Shown here: one piece after another, positions 13,901 to 24,734 of the stretch
How positions within the stretch are numbered: position 1 is the stretch's first letter
How the letters are laid out: each line of letters opens with the position of its first letter
Assembly (NCBI GenBank): GCA_036785375.1
Contig: JAWMAR010000825.1
Location: forward strand, 248,001-312,000
Length of the DNA: 64,000 nt
Reading direction: 5' to 3'
From: Leucoraja ocellata
Lineage: Eukaryota
Notes under the pieces: generated by a model
The model's database searches: none
Told to the model about the DNA's origin: nothing
What the model saw: only the letters and a program-made list of their open reading frames with translations
Made by a program: the position numbers and the translations under genes

Positions 13901-16900
13901 GTGGCTACTGTTCAATTGGTCCAGATTATCTAGAGTATGTTAGATAAACAGCAGATCCACAGTATATCAATCCACAAATATAACACCCACCCTAAACAAT
14001 ATGTCTTCACTAAATCTTACCATGGATTCCTGCCCCGTTCAAATGATTCCATTGTCCGTCACCCTTGCACAACAACCATGCTGATACACTGTAATATTCT
14101 ACGTGTACATTCCTATGTGCACTACTGATTGCTACATTTCAAATTAGCCTCAAATTAACCAAAGTAGCAAATGGAACAGAACTCACATCATAGCACCTAC
14201 ATAAATAATTTTCCAATAGTCCTTGCTTTGCAAGCATGCCCAGTTTACGTGACTGCTATTCAGATCCCAACCACTCCATTCAAAAAGTCAAATATTATTT
14301 TTGTATTGTGGCAATCAGAACTACAAGTTATGTTCAAGGTACAGATGCAACAATGATCGATTAAGTATAAATAGGCTCTCAATATCCTGGGGATAGAGAG
14401 GAGCAACTTAAAAAGTCAGATAAACAAGAAGGAAAAAAGCGGTATCATCTTTCCAGAGTGTTGAAATGCCCCTGTACATCAACAATATTACCAGATTGCA
14501 ATGCACTCCTACTTATCCTGTAGTCACTAAATTTCACTTTATTTTCATTGATATGTATATACAGGTTTTTGATAGGCAGTTTGATAATAAACTAAGGGTT
14601 ACCTGTTTGATAGCACCACGTTCCAGCTCTCGTTTCAAGGCTTGCTTCAGTATATATCCCCTGCGCTCGAGTTCCAGTGATGGATACTTGTTAATGATGT
14701 ATTTTCTTATGGCGACAACGGAAGCACCAGACTTCTGGAAACAAGCCTGAAAAGTGTCTGAGTATTTTTAAAATGTCCCATTTTCAGCGTGCATTTGCAA
14801 GTTTTGAAACGACTCTCACTATTATGGTCATCCTACAAAGAGGATATTTTGTTTTAACCAAAATAATCTTAACAACGGGTACAAATATTGCTAATTATCT
14901 TAAATAACAGAAACAACAAAGGAAAACAAGCAGCACAATATCATTTGAGAATTGAAAAAGCATATCACTTTATCAGCTGTGTAATTTCTGATTACAAGTT
15001 CATTAACTGTAAAGCATTGTGACGAGTGCTGCGCATGTGCAAGTCTTTCTTTCAGCAGGTCTGACCGTATCCTATCCAGTACTATGTCCTGCTTATCCAT
15101 CACCCTGTTCGTCAATATCTTAAATGTGAAATCTTCAATCTTATTTAAATTCCAAAATGGCATTAAGGGCTTGTCCCACAGGCTATATTTTAGGTGACTA
15201 GGCTGTCGCCACATGGTCGGTTGTATGGCCGTGAATAGTCTCCTCAGTCGCCCAAAGAGTAGTAGCGTCTCTCTGGTCACAGCTGGATTTTCAACATGTT
15301 GAAACATTTTTGGAGACAATCGGCGACAGTGGGTTTGATGCCAATGAGTGTAGCTTGACTCCTCCTGATGTAGGTGATGTCCTAGCTGTCGCAAGGTTAA
15401 TGTAGGATGTCGCCAGGTGACGTAGGTTGTCGCCGGTGCTGTCTTAGGTTTTTCTTGTTGTTAAAGTAATGATTCTATTTCAAATTTAATGTCGAAGGGG
15501 GGTCCAGTTGCCGTTTTATCGGCGACCTGCTACGACTGGAAAGTCATCTAAAAATAGCCTAAGTGGGACAGGTCCTTTACCCTACCCAATTGTGCAATGT
15601 ATTTTCTTAAGTTGCCCCAATCCACAACTATTGGTGGCAAATTCAGCTACCCAGGTTTCAAAGGTGTGAGATTTTTTTTCTTAGATCATTTGCACCTCTA
15701 CATTAGGTTGTATGCTTAAATATTCAGGTTCTGAATTCTTAACCTTCCAATGTGAAGGACAGTACAACAACTGAGTCAAAAGAAAATTTATAGGTAAACA
15801 TCACAATGAGAACATTTCATAAGAGGGCAGGTAATATCAAAGACCCACACCATCCCGGCCATGCCCTCATCTGACTGTTACCATCGGGAAGGTGGTACAG
15901 AAGACCAATAACTTTTACTGTTAGATTTAAGAACAGCTTCTTCCTATGAACCATCATGCTCTTGAACCACTCAGCACAACCCTACCTCAGCACTGAATTA
16001 CTTCGTACTTAGTTTGCACTACTTACACCATCATTGTTTGGTTTACCTAGAATAACTGATAATTTATTGTATATTTATTTGTGTTGTGTTTAGTGTGCCT
16101 GTAAAGCTGCAGTAAGAATTCATTGTTCCAGCCTTAGCGCACAAAACAATTAAACACTCTTGACATTTAGTACTTGAGTGCAACTTTTGACGTCACATTT
16201 ACGTGTCAATGTAGCACATGAGTTGTCAGCAGAAGTGTTGGAATACTACTCCACAGAGGTTGCAAAGGATCCAAATGAATATTTTAAAAACATCATGGAG
16301 GTTGTCATTTAACCTTTGATATTCTGGTACAACGGTGAAGAGAATGAAAGACACACCATAAGGTTTTTCGTTATCTACCTTAATAGCTTCCATGACAATT
16401 GCATCCATTTTTGGTCGTGCAGTAGTAGTCATCTGAGAATTTTTCTGTACTCGAGCTAGTTGACTAGCAGACAAGGTAGCCCATGATGGAATGGTCTTTT
16501 TAATCTTCTTATCCTTTATTGGTTCCTTTTCTCTGTTAAAAGTCACAAATTACAGAACTTTAGCCTTGTTCCATATTTACTATTCTCCCCCTTACACATA
16601 CTAAACACCTTGCATTTCATATTCAAATTATGAATCAGATTGAAAATAACATCATCTAGTTGTAAGTGAAATTGGTTGAGCGAAGATTGCCAGAAAGATT
16701 GTGGAGAGCTTTTCTTCAGGTTCAGCCATTGGATCCTCCATCTTCTAGAGAAACAAGGTCACAAGCAAATTAGGTTTAATTGAACAACTGTGCAGAAATC
16801 CTTCCACACCAACACTTCCAATTATATCATGCCGAGCTACTGTGCACGCTTGGTCGATGCAAGCTTCACTACAACAGCAGAATGACGGCTGACATGCTGA

Positions 16901-19423
16901 CTATTTTTTTCTGTATGGCATAATATTAATGATGGGAATGTACCGAATTATAAGGGTTCTTGATTGTACAAACTAGAATCATCAAATCTACGTGAACTAG
17001 GGTTGAAAAGAAATGTTCATGCTAACAGTGTAGCCTCATTCAATTGGTGTACGTTAAACAGTTTCATACTTTGTTGGTGACAGAAGATGAAATCACGAAG
17101 CAGCGGAGCAACAATGCAGATATGCTGTCCATGATGTCCAATGGATATCTACTCCAAACATTTTATTATTTTTAGGACAAATAATGCTTCTGTTCAGTGT
17201 TCATTTTAATGTTGCATTTTGAGATTTCTTCTTTCACTATCTGCCTAGGAATTGAGATGCTAATTGCTAACGGTGGAAAACAAGATTTAGAAAAAAAACT
17301 GAAAGCATGCGAAAGCAACTAAAATATACTTTTGCTCATTCTGGGTTATGCCATAGCCACCATAGGAATGCACTGCACCCCTAATGATTCAACTTTTCTA
17401 CGTTAGCACCAGAATTTAAATTGAACACCGCCTCGTGTATGGGTGAGTGGTGGACTATTGAGTTGGAGGAGGGGGAGACACGTGCTTGGTCTAGTTTAAA
17501 TATATATTTGAGTATACATACTCTTTTTTGGGCTCCTCTGAAGGTTTGGTTTCTTTTTCCTCATCCCCACTTTTTTCTGTTTCTTTCTTTTCCTCTTTGG
17601 CTGAAGTGTCATTTTCTGGTTCTTCCTCCGCTGAGATAGATTCTTCAGAAGTCACATCTGCTTCTTAATGTATGGAAAATAATTATTATTACTGAACTTA
17701 TAATCTCAGCAGATCATCAATGGTCAACCATGTTTCAAATATAAATGTCAATCATTAGAATTCTGATTCAACCTTTTGTTGTTTCCTTGGTCCCAACAAT
17801 ACTAAGGAGCACAATCCCCTGGGCCTCCGCTCACTAAAGATAGGCACACTCAACTTTAACCAAACACATTGTTCAGTTTATCTGATGGGGAACTTATCTA
17901 GCCAGTCATTCTTTATTGGGTCATTTGCTGATATATGTTAAGGATTCCATGAAAATAAATAGATGATCAACAATAGCATAGCATCAACAAAAAATATAAG
18001 AAGATAGCATATTGATGGCAAGTTTCCGAAAATAGCATCGGAATACACAAATACATTTTGTGTAATGGTTGTCACGTGGTGTCTACCAATGACCTGGTTG
18101 GCACAGTAAGTGCAAGTATTTCTTATTCCTTTCTTTGTTTATGAATACCACATGGAACAATAAAATTGCAAACACCGTTCCCACTTCATTCACCTGATCA
18201 TGTAGTAGAATACTGCGTCCAACGCGCGTTACACATCATACACATCAAACGTACGTTGCGGTGGCCACTAAAAGGTTTGGTGTCCCAGAAAATGGACGTT
18301 ACATTATTAGCGAAAACCAAACATTTTCACCAATGTGATCTAAAGGTACATCACCTTATGGATTTGAGCTATATCGATGGCCGATGATTCATCAGAACAT
18401 TTGATTTGGGCTGATTTTTTAGTAAGTAAAATGTCTCCGTAACGGTCGTTGTGGAGTTTCCCGAAATTGACACGAAGGAATGAAGTTAGCAACTTGGTCC
18501 ATACGAAAGCTAAACGAATCAGTGTGTTGCCAAACTGAAGTTTGGCTCAGTTTCTTATTGACCAATTTATGTGCAAAAAAAAAATCTTTTATTGATTTTA
18601 AAAAGTTGGAAAATATATCGTAAACGGTCGTTGCATTTCTGACACCACGATGTTTTTGATATATTAAATTGGAAAATAAGAAAAAATAATTAACTCGCTC
18701 AAAAATCGCTACTACCATAGGATACATTGGGTTTTTGAAAAGCATTAGAGGTTTGGAGTCTCCGTGATTAAACTTATGGAGGTACCGACCACGATAACAG
18801 TCGTTGTTACAATGGACACCAAGCACAACGACTGTTACGGTATCTTTACTGTACTGTATTATCTTTATATTACTATATTTTTCTCCTGGTATTGATGAAG
18901 ATATTTCCCTAGCTCATTATCAAAACGTATATATGTATGATCGCCCATATGAAGTTTATTTATGAATTAAATATTCATGACTAAATGTGGCAGCGTTTTT
19001 GATGTCACATTTTTGGTGTCCAAATTGGTGGTAAAAGAATGAAGATTTGTTTGTCATGAAAAAAGTTTTTGACTTTCGGTCTTGAAGTTATCTAATTTAT
19101 TTCTGTTATTTATAGGGTTTCACATGATGGGCAGATTTTTGTTAAGAACAGTGTATTGGTGTAAAAAACGAAATAATAATTTTGTTCCTCAAAATCTCTC
19201 CAGTATTGTAAAAAGACACATATTGAAATTGAATACACAGTGCGCACACATACAAAACATAAAAAAGTAACTGGTTATTCTAATAGCATGCTTGTCACAT
19301 TTGAGCTCTAACACCAAGAACAATAATTTTGAAAACAAGTCAAACATGGCTTTCACCTGCCGTGGTCTTGTTTCTCACTGGACTCTCCTGTGCTGAGGGA
19401 CTAGCATTCCGCCGAATAGGCAT
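4628..19423 (-). CDS. HP1BP3: Heterochromatin protein 1-binding protein 3 (HP1-BP74); spliced CDS of 11 coding exons, 505 aa
   Basis: Exons 19357-19423, 17522-17663, 16379-16532, 14603-14746, 13533-13616, 12529-12683, 10945-11035, 9762-9921, 7993-8104, 5290-5421 and 4628-4904 sum to 1518 nt with consistent phases. Peptides MPIRR, KKTIPSWATLSASQL, ACFQKSGASVVAIRKY, VKGKGASGSF, LCEPKEASYSLIKKY, QITGKGATGTFQ, NEPKTCSTTALKKY and QISGKGFSGSFQLCFPFYPS match three H15 linker-histone globular domains, followed by an acidic tract and a Lys-rich tail. Adjacent to EIF4G3 as in mammals. Confidence 0.96.
5290..5421 (-). CDS. HP1BP3: HP1BP3 exon (acidic tract)
   Basis: tttag|T...AAG AAA AG|gtgtgt; PSVLFPEKQHQKEDDSEVEDEEEEDNDISESEEESDEDEPPKK. 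Confidence 0.93.
5770..6840 (+). mobile_element. CR1-like LINE fragment (degenerate RT, 3' end)
   Basis: DFSKPF, SGVxQGxVL, INDLD and EVLHFGKSN motifs with frameshifts. Confidence 0.8.
7275..7770 (+). mobile_element. CR1-like LINE 3' end
   Basis: ORF 7304-7609 LSYRERLNKLGLYSLERRRLRGDLIE...TRGH...RGNFFTQSVV; short gttatatg tail repeat. Confidence 0.9.
7993..8104 (-). CDS. HP1BP3: HP1BP3 exon (end of third H15 domain; GC donor)
   Basis: ttccag|TG CAC...TAC CCC AG|gcaag; HMLKRTLQKCEKNGWIEQISGKGFSGSFQLCFPFYP. Confidence 0.93.
8487..8890. mobile_element. PIF/Harbinger-like MITE with one TIR retained, inserted into a Penelope-derived short repeat
   Basis: CpG-rich; ends aagtgggacaggccct|TTA; flanks ctccagagatgc / ttactccagcatttt are two halves of the short repeat. 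Confidence 0.65.
8910..9205 (+). mobile_element. Rex1/Babar-like LINE 3' end
   Basis: LLPSGRRYSSLKTVTSRFRSSFFPTTI followed by a tail ending gacaataaa. Confidence 0.75.
9762..9921 (-). CDS. HP1BP3: HP1BP3 exon (third H15 domain)
   Basis: ttgcag|CTT AAA AAG...TTC CAG A|gtaagt; LKKTGDKPLLSGGPFEDAILSAITAMNEPKTCSTTALKKYVLEK. Confidence 0.94.
10945..11035 (-). CDS. HP1BP3: HP1BP3 exon (end of second H15 domain)
   Basis: tgcag|G GCC...TTC CAG|gtaagt; AYLLKQALQRAVDKGQLEQITGKGATGTFQ. Confidence 0.94.
11140..11420 (-). mobile_element. Helitron-like remnant (same family as 1-2251)
   Basis: ccccaacgcaatatt and gaggcctggtcccc are reverse complements of the subterminal motifs at ~965-1080. Confidence 0.55.
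11680..11930 (-). mobile_element. Penelope-like element fragment, GIY-YIG endonuclease C-terminus
   Basis: ETKCRLGDRF..HLHSVR...PVAQQFNSPSH...RKLEEQNLIFSLGNLHPSGVNIGFSN. Confidence 0.8.
11935..12195. mobile_element. Probable hAT-like non-autonomous element end, interrupted by the Penelope fragment
   Basis: CpG-rich sequence on both sides of the Penelope fragment; ends gtgagagccttg (CAxGGCTCTC-type terminus). Partner TIR not found. Confidence 0.35.
12529..12683 (-). CDS. HP1BP3: HP1BP3 exon (second H15 domain)
   Basis: taatag|AAA ACC...AGC AG|gtatgg; KTTSSGPMEQPVKLEDALPLAFTKLCEPKEASYSLIKKYLLQYYPKL. Confidence 0.93.
13533..13616 (-). CDS. HP1BP3: HP1BP3 exon (end of first H15 domain)
   Basis: ttcag|GTG AAG GGA...AAA AAG|gtattg; VKGKGASGSFVVVSNAGKQSHKSKQDKK. 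Confidence 0.93.
14603..14746 (-). CDS. HP1BP3: HP1BP3 exon (first H15 domain)
   Basis: ttcag|GCT TGT TTC...AAA CAG|gtaacc; ACFQKSGASVVAIRKYIINKYPSLELERRGYILKQALKRELERGAIKQ. Confidence 0.95.
15166..15576. mobile_element. PIF/Harbinger-like MITE
   Basis: TIRs agggcttgtcccac / gtgggacaggtcct; TTA target duplication at 15163-15165 and 15577-15579. Confidence 0.85.
15820..16165 (+). mobile_element. Rex1/Babar-like LINE 3' end
   Basis: IIKDPHHPGHAL..LLPSGR..RFKNSFF-like sequence, homologous to 8910-9205. Confidence 0.7.
16379..16532 (-). CDS. HP1BP3: HP1BP3 exon
   Basis: taacag|A GAA AAG...ATT AAG|gtagat; EKEPIKDKKIKKTIPSWATLSASQLARVQK...PKMDAIVMEAIK. Confidence 0.94.
17522..17663 (-). CDS. HP1BP3: HP1BP3 exon (acidic N-terminal region)
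   Basis: Reads ADVTSEESISAEEEPENDTS...SEEPKK with donor GA|gtatgt; acceptor ambiguous within the tandem AAG AAG CAG. Confidence 0.88.
18206..19210. mobile_element. Unclassified ~1 kb non-autonomous DNA transposon
   Basis: CpG-retaining block bounded by TAGAATACTG / CAGTATTGTA (9/10 inverted match); no TSD seen. Confidence 0.45.
19357..19423 (-). CDS. HP1BP3: HP1BP3 first coding exon (exon spans 19357-19447; ATG at 19421-19423)
   Basis: caacag| acceptor at 19448-19449; aaaATG CCT ATT CGG CGG (MPIRR); donor G|gtgaaa. Confidence 0.85.
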
Positions 19424-20264
19424 TTTTACACTAACACAATGAACGACCTGTTGAAGAAGTTACAATATATAGGTTCAACCAAAATGGTAGTTTAATAGTA
19501 CTTCATAACAGAGATGGACAGGGAACAGAAGGGCTTGGACACTTTGGCACAATGTTGTGATGGAATTGCTACCAACCATTATAAAGCGGTAAATCCCACA
19601 TTTTCACATTATGCACACCATTTAGATGTACAACTGAAGTTTGTAAATGAGCACATTTTTTAGATAACATTAAAAAAAAATCTAATATCAAATGAACTGT
19701 GTTGAATTGTCAAAGAATGGACCAAACTTTAAATTGAGAAATGCTTCTCAATCGTTAGTCAGAATTACCTATTTAATAGACGTGGGCAACCTTTTAAAAT
19801 CTCACAAAATCTGGAAATGAATGAAATCTTCAATTGCATCAGATGACAATGCGATAACAGAGGCACATTTATCATTATAGAGCTGAGAGCCTGTGCACAA
19901 GGTTTAATTTCATTTACAGCATTCAGATCACAGCATGCGGCCAAGATATACCTTGTGAAAATTATGGAGGGAAAAGGGAGACAACACAGATGCAAAAATA
20001 CTTTGTGTTGAGGAAGTCAGAAATATAGCTGTCAATTTAGCAGAGCATCAGATAGTTACAAACAAGAGAGACTTATTTCTCAATTAGTTAGAGTTACACA
20101 GCATGGAAGCACAAGAGACTGAAGATGCTGGAATCATGAGCAAAAAAAAACAAAGTACTAGAGTAACTCAGTGGGTCAGGCAGCATCTGTGGATGGAATG
20201 GACTGGCGATGTTTCTGATGCCCATTCCCTCCATAGAATGCAGCTTGACCTGCTGTGTTCCGAG

Positions 20265-20840
20265 AACAGAGAAATGTGAGGTGTTGCATTTTGGGAAGTC
20301 TAACATGTTCAGGACCTACACGGTGCACGGTAGGGCTCTGGGACGTGTTTTAGAGCAGAGGGATCTAGGAGTGCAGGGACATGGTTCCTTGAAGATGGAG
20401 TCGCAGGTAGATAGGATGGTTAAAAAGGCTTTTGGCACATTGGCCATCATCAGTCAAAGTATATAGTACAGAGACTTTGCTGAGGCCACATTTAGAGTAT
20501 TATGTCTAGTTCTTGTTGTCAAGGGTACAGTGAAGATTTATGAGGAAGTTGCCAGGATTAGAGGTTCTGAGCGATAAGGAGAGGTTGAGTAGGCTGCGAC
20601 TATTACTTGGAGCACTGGAGGATGAAGGGTAATCTTATAGAGATTTATAAAATCATGAGAGGAATTGATCGGGTAGATATCCAGAGTAGGTGAATCGAGG
20701 ACCAGAGTACATAGATAATGGGGAAAAGATTTAATAGGAATCTGAGGGGTAACCTTTTCACACAAAGGGTAGTGGGTATATGGAACAAGCTGCCAAGGAG
20801 GTAGTTGAGGCAGGGGACTATCCCAATGTTTAAGAACGGT
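20265..20840 (+). mobile_element. CR1-like LINE fragment
   Basis: KCEVLHFGKSN...EQRDLGVQ...QVDRMVKKAFGTLA. Confidence 0.8.
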
Positions 20841-22044
20841 TTTGCTCACCAAAACTACATGCAGCTCCAGTTCCCTGTTCACCTGGTTAAACCTTAACTC
20901 TGTGCCAAAGTGGCCCAGGAAGTTAATCCAATGCATTAACTGTTACAAACTGGGTTTCTAAAAAAAATATAAGGCTCACCACTACCTTTATAAGCCAAAC
21001 TTTCCAGTTAGGCCCATATCCCAAGAATGAACAATAAAGACTCAGTGCGAAGTGTAGTGTTTAGCAATAATGCAAGTTTAGCAATAAAAAGTACTAACAC
21101 CCCATATAAAGTTGCTATATAAGCAAATCATATTTAAGCACCAAACATCAATCAATTAAACAACATAATTTGTTAGTTGCGACTTCAAATTTGATTTAAA
21201 TTAAATTAAAATTTCTATCCAGGTAGGCTCGTGCAATTTAAACCATTCAAATAAATTAATTTAGGAACTACTTTAAACTGTTTGGTACTTTGCCTGCTCC
21301 CTGTGAAATTTACTATTTTAATTAAAGAAATATACACAACTGGAGGAAGGTTAACATGTGTATTTGTGATTTTTACATAATTAGAAAACTATCATTAGGT
21401 TTGCAGCGATAGTCAATATGAAACATGTTCTCTGATTGATAACAAATATTAGCAGCACTTACATATTGTCAACATGTGAAATATGGTTTACTAGCTCTAT
21501 GTTGCTTCCCAGTGTTCTCAATGGTGTTTGGTTTTATAACAATCAGTATCGTGAAAACGGTACTGGTAAACCTCACATATTTTTTAGGCTAATAAAGAGA
21601 AAACATCAGCAGCATTTCTGCACGTGCATCAGATGCTGGTTTACAAAATAAACACAAAGTGCTGGAGGAACTCCATGACTTAGGCAGCATCTCTGGAGAA
21701 CATGGATAGGTAACATTTCACATCAGGGCCCTTCTTCAGACTAATTTTTATCTAGAATTGCTACTAATCTCGAATATATTTGGTCCATCATTATCCTGGA
21801 TTAGTCCAATAATAGTACTGGTTGATGGCAACAAGGAAATGAACAATGTTTGTTTTTGTAAACCAGCATCCGCAGTTCCTCGTTTCTTCAAAAACGTTAC
21901 ATTATTGGGAATAATGGGAACTTGAGGAAACATTTAATTATTTTTCATGGTTATCAGTTTTCTGAATATGAGTATGTGAATTTATAACACCAAATATGAA
22001 TAGTAAACAAAAACAAGTTACCCACAGAAAACGGGAAGGGATGT

Positions 22045-22835
22045 ATTAATGTGAGGTTATCCACTTTGGTGGCAAAAACAGGAAAGTAGATTATTATCTG
22101 AATGGTGGCCGATTAGGAAAGGGGGAGATGCAACGAGACCTGGGTGTCATGGTACACCAGTCATTAAAAGTAGGCATGCAGGTCCAGCAGGCAGTGAAGA
22201 ATGGTATGTTAGCATTCATAGCAAAAGGATTTGAGTATAGGAGCAGGGAGGTTCTACTGCAGGTGTATAGGGTCTTGGTGAGACCACACCTGGAGTATTG
22301 CGTACAGTTTTGGTCTCCTAATCTGAGGAAAGACATTCTTGCCATAGAGGGAGTACAGAGAAGGTTCACCAGACTGATTCCTGGGATGTCAGGACTTTCA
22401 TATGGAGAAAGACTGGATAGACTCGGTTTGTACTCGCTAGAATTTAGAAGGTTGAGGAACGTACAAAATTCTTAAGGGGCTGGACAGGCTAGATGCAGGA
22501 AGATTGTTCCCGATGTTGGGGAAGTCCAGAACGAGGGGTCACAGTTTAAGGATAAAGGGGAAATCTTTTAGGACCGAGATGAGGAAAACTTTTTTCACAC
22601 AGAGAGTGGTGAATCTCTGGAATTCTCTGCCGCAGAAGATAGTTGAGGCCAGTCATTGGCTATATTTAATAAGGAGTTAGATATGGCCCTTGTGGCTAAA
22701 GGGATCAGGGGGTATGGAGAGAAGGCAGAAACAGGATACTGAGTTGGATGATCAGCCATGATCATATTGAATGGCGGTGCAGGCTCGAAGGGCCGAATGG
22801 CCTACTCCTGCACCTATTTTCTATGTTTCTATGTA
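22045..22835 (+). mobile_element. CR1-like LINE 3' end (young)
   Basis: ORF 22128-22475 RDLGVMVH...LVRPHLEYCVQFWSP...LGLYSLEFRRLR; ctatgttt tail repeats. Confidence 0.92.
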
Positions 22836-23099
22836 TTTTTAAACTTTTACTTTTTGACAAAGAAACAAAATTTCAGTGCACCAAATACTTCAAAAACATA
22901 ATGGCACATTGTAAGTGAATGAGGTGACTATTAGGAATATTGTTTGGAACCAGTGGATATGTGCATTCATAGCAAAAGGAACCAGTGCATTAATTTACAA
23001 AAATAAAGCTTCTAAAAGCTTGCAGTGTGTAGTGTTGGCTGTCCAGTTTAACGCAAAGTACCGGGAATAGTCTTAGATGTGTCTGGGCTTTTAGAGGGG

Positions 23100-23900
23100 A
23101 GGGGCAGGTTAATCCAGGGGATGGAGGGAGTCCCTAGTTGCTGCGAAGGGACGCACCCACCGATCCAGCGGCCCCTTGACAAAAGCAACAAACGTTCTCC
23201 ATTCAAACTCGGCAAAAATAAGCAACTACGGGTCCCCCGCCCTCTTCAGTCACACCTTGAACTGGCTGTGGCCGCACACAGCGCCAGGCTCCGCACAGGT
23301 ACAAGTAAGCGAGCAGCGGGCGGGCCAGTGAAGAGCGGCGGACGGTGGCTCCCAATCCTCCTCCACATCAAAGCCCCAACATCAAAATGGCGTATTCGCG
23401 AAAAAATTCCCACAAACATTGTAAGCCTCAGGACTCCGCTGCCCACAGCTGTCGCCGAAACGCCCATTTAATCGGCCGCATGCTGCAGCGGTGCGCCCTG
23501 TGTTATTTGTGGAGGTTAACCGCTTACCTTGGCGGCCACCTTGCCCTCCACCTCCTCCCGCTGCGCCTCCAGCTCGGGCTCTGGCGCGTCTCCCCCCCCC
23601 CCTCCCACCACCAACCTGGCTCCCGCCGGAAAAGCCGTCACCCAACCGGCGCCGCGCGAGACACATTCAAACAAAAACAAAAAAATACACTCCTCCGAAT
23701 TACAAACCACCACCCTTGTACCAAACCAGTAAGAATGTCCTCGTCTCAAAATTATTTTAATATATGAAGTTTGGTGTTATTTCCTTTGAGCCGTTAAACC
23801 CCCCCCCCCCCCCCTTGTTTTCCCTCACAAACATGGCGACTAGGGGACAGAATGTCCCTCATAAAATGGCGACCACAACATTTGCCCCTCAAAGAATGCT
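23100..23900 (-). promoter_or_regulatory. CpG island / promoter and probable non-coding first exon of HP1BP3 (~23528-23660)
   Basis: Sharp rise in GC and CpG; strong donor AAG|gtaagc at 23526-23527; YY1-type (A)AAATGGCG / ACATGGCG motifs at 23383-23392, ~23830-23840 and 23863-23873. Confidence 0.75.
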
Positions 23901-24110
23901 GACCATGGGCATTTGCCCCTCACAGAATGCTGACCATGGGCATCTGCCCCTCACAGAATGCTGACCACGGGCATTTGCCCCTCACAGAATGCTGACCGCT
24001 GGCATTTGCCCCTCACAGAATGCTGACCATGGGCATTTGCCCCTCCCAGAATGCTGACCATGGTCCTTTGCCCCTCACAGAATGCTGACCATGGGCATTT
24101 GCCCATCACA
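23881..24110. repeat. 31-bp minisatellite, ~7.4 copies
   Basis: tttgcccctcacagaatgctgaccatgggca units at 23881, 23912, 23943, 23974, 24005, 24036, 24067 and 24098 (partial). Confidence 0.95.
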
Positions 24111-24734
24111 AAGATAACGCACCGAGTCCCACATGCTTCTTTTTTTTTGATCATATGTATTTTGCTGGAGCTAAACAAAATCAAGTGTGTCTAAAACAAA
24201 TCCAAATAGTGGAAATGTCGAGATGTTATTTTAAAGGAGCAATTAATTATTCGGAGCAGTTTGCATCACAATTTTTTTTTAATCGAAGAGACCCGGTGGG
24301 AAGGGGCGTTAAACATTGTGCTGATTGCTTCAACCGAAACGAGCCGAGCTTCGGGAGCCATCTTCAGGCAGAGGTAATGTTTCGCATTTTAAATGAGGGG
24401 CCACATTTCCAGGGGTCGGGTGGTCCGAGCAGCAAGTCCCTCCGCCTCTCACTGATCATGGCTTATATTTGAACGAGCCAATTGCATGGAGGACCGGCCC
24501 CCGGCCTGCTCGGCCCAGCCTGGAGCGCAGCCAAGCGGATTCACCACTCAGGCTGGTTGATGCCTTCACACCAAAGATCAGCTTCACACCCGGTTTATTG
24601 AAAAACCCCAGGAATGAAACTAACAGCGATGAGTTGGGGATATTAAAAAAAAACAAATGCCCATGTTCTTGTCAAGAGCAAATGTTTAAAACAATAAGCA
24701 ATAATAATATGGCTTCATTGCCAAAACAGGTTTA

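Noticed and set aside
14900-15394. 164-aa minus-strand ORF
   Set aside because: Runs from a Harbinger MITE into intron sequence; no homology recognised.
18419-18826. 135-aa ORF as a transposase
   Set aside because: No DDE or other motif recognised; probably a chance ORF.
23079-23767. Cluster of ORFs on both strands
   Set aside because: Stop-poor CpG island; no recognisable proteins.
23881-24110. Regular 31-bp repeats as a CRISPR array
   Set aside because: Units are contiguous with no unique spacers, there are no cas genes, and the context is eukaryotic.
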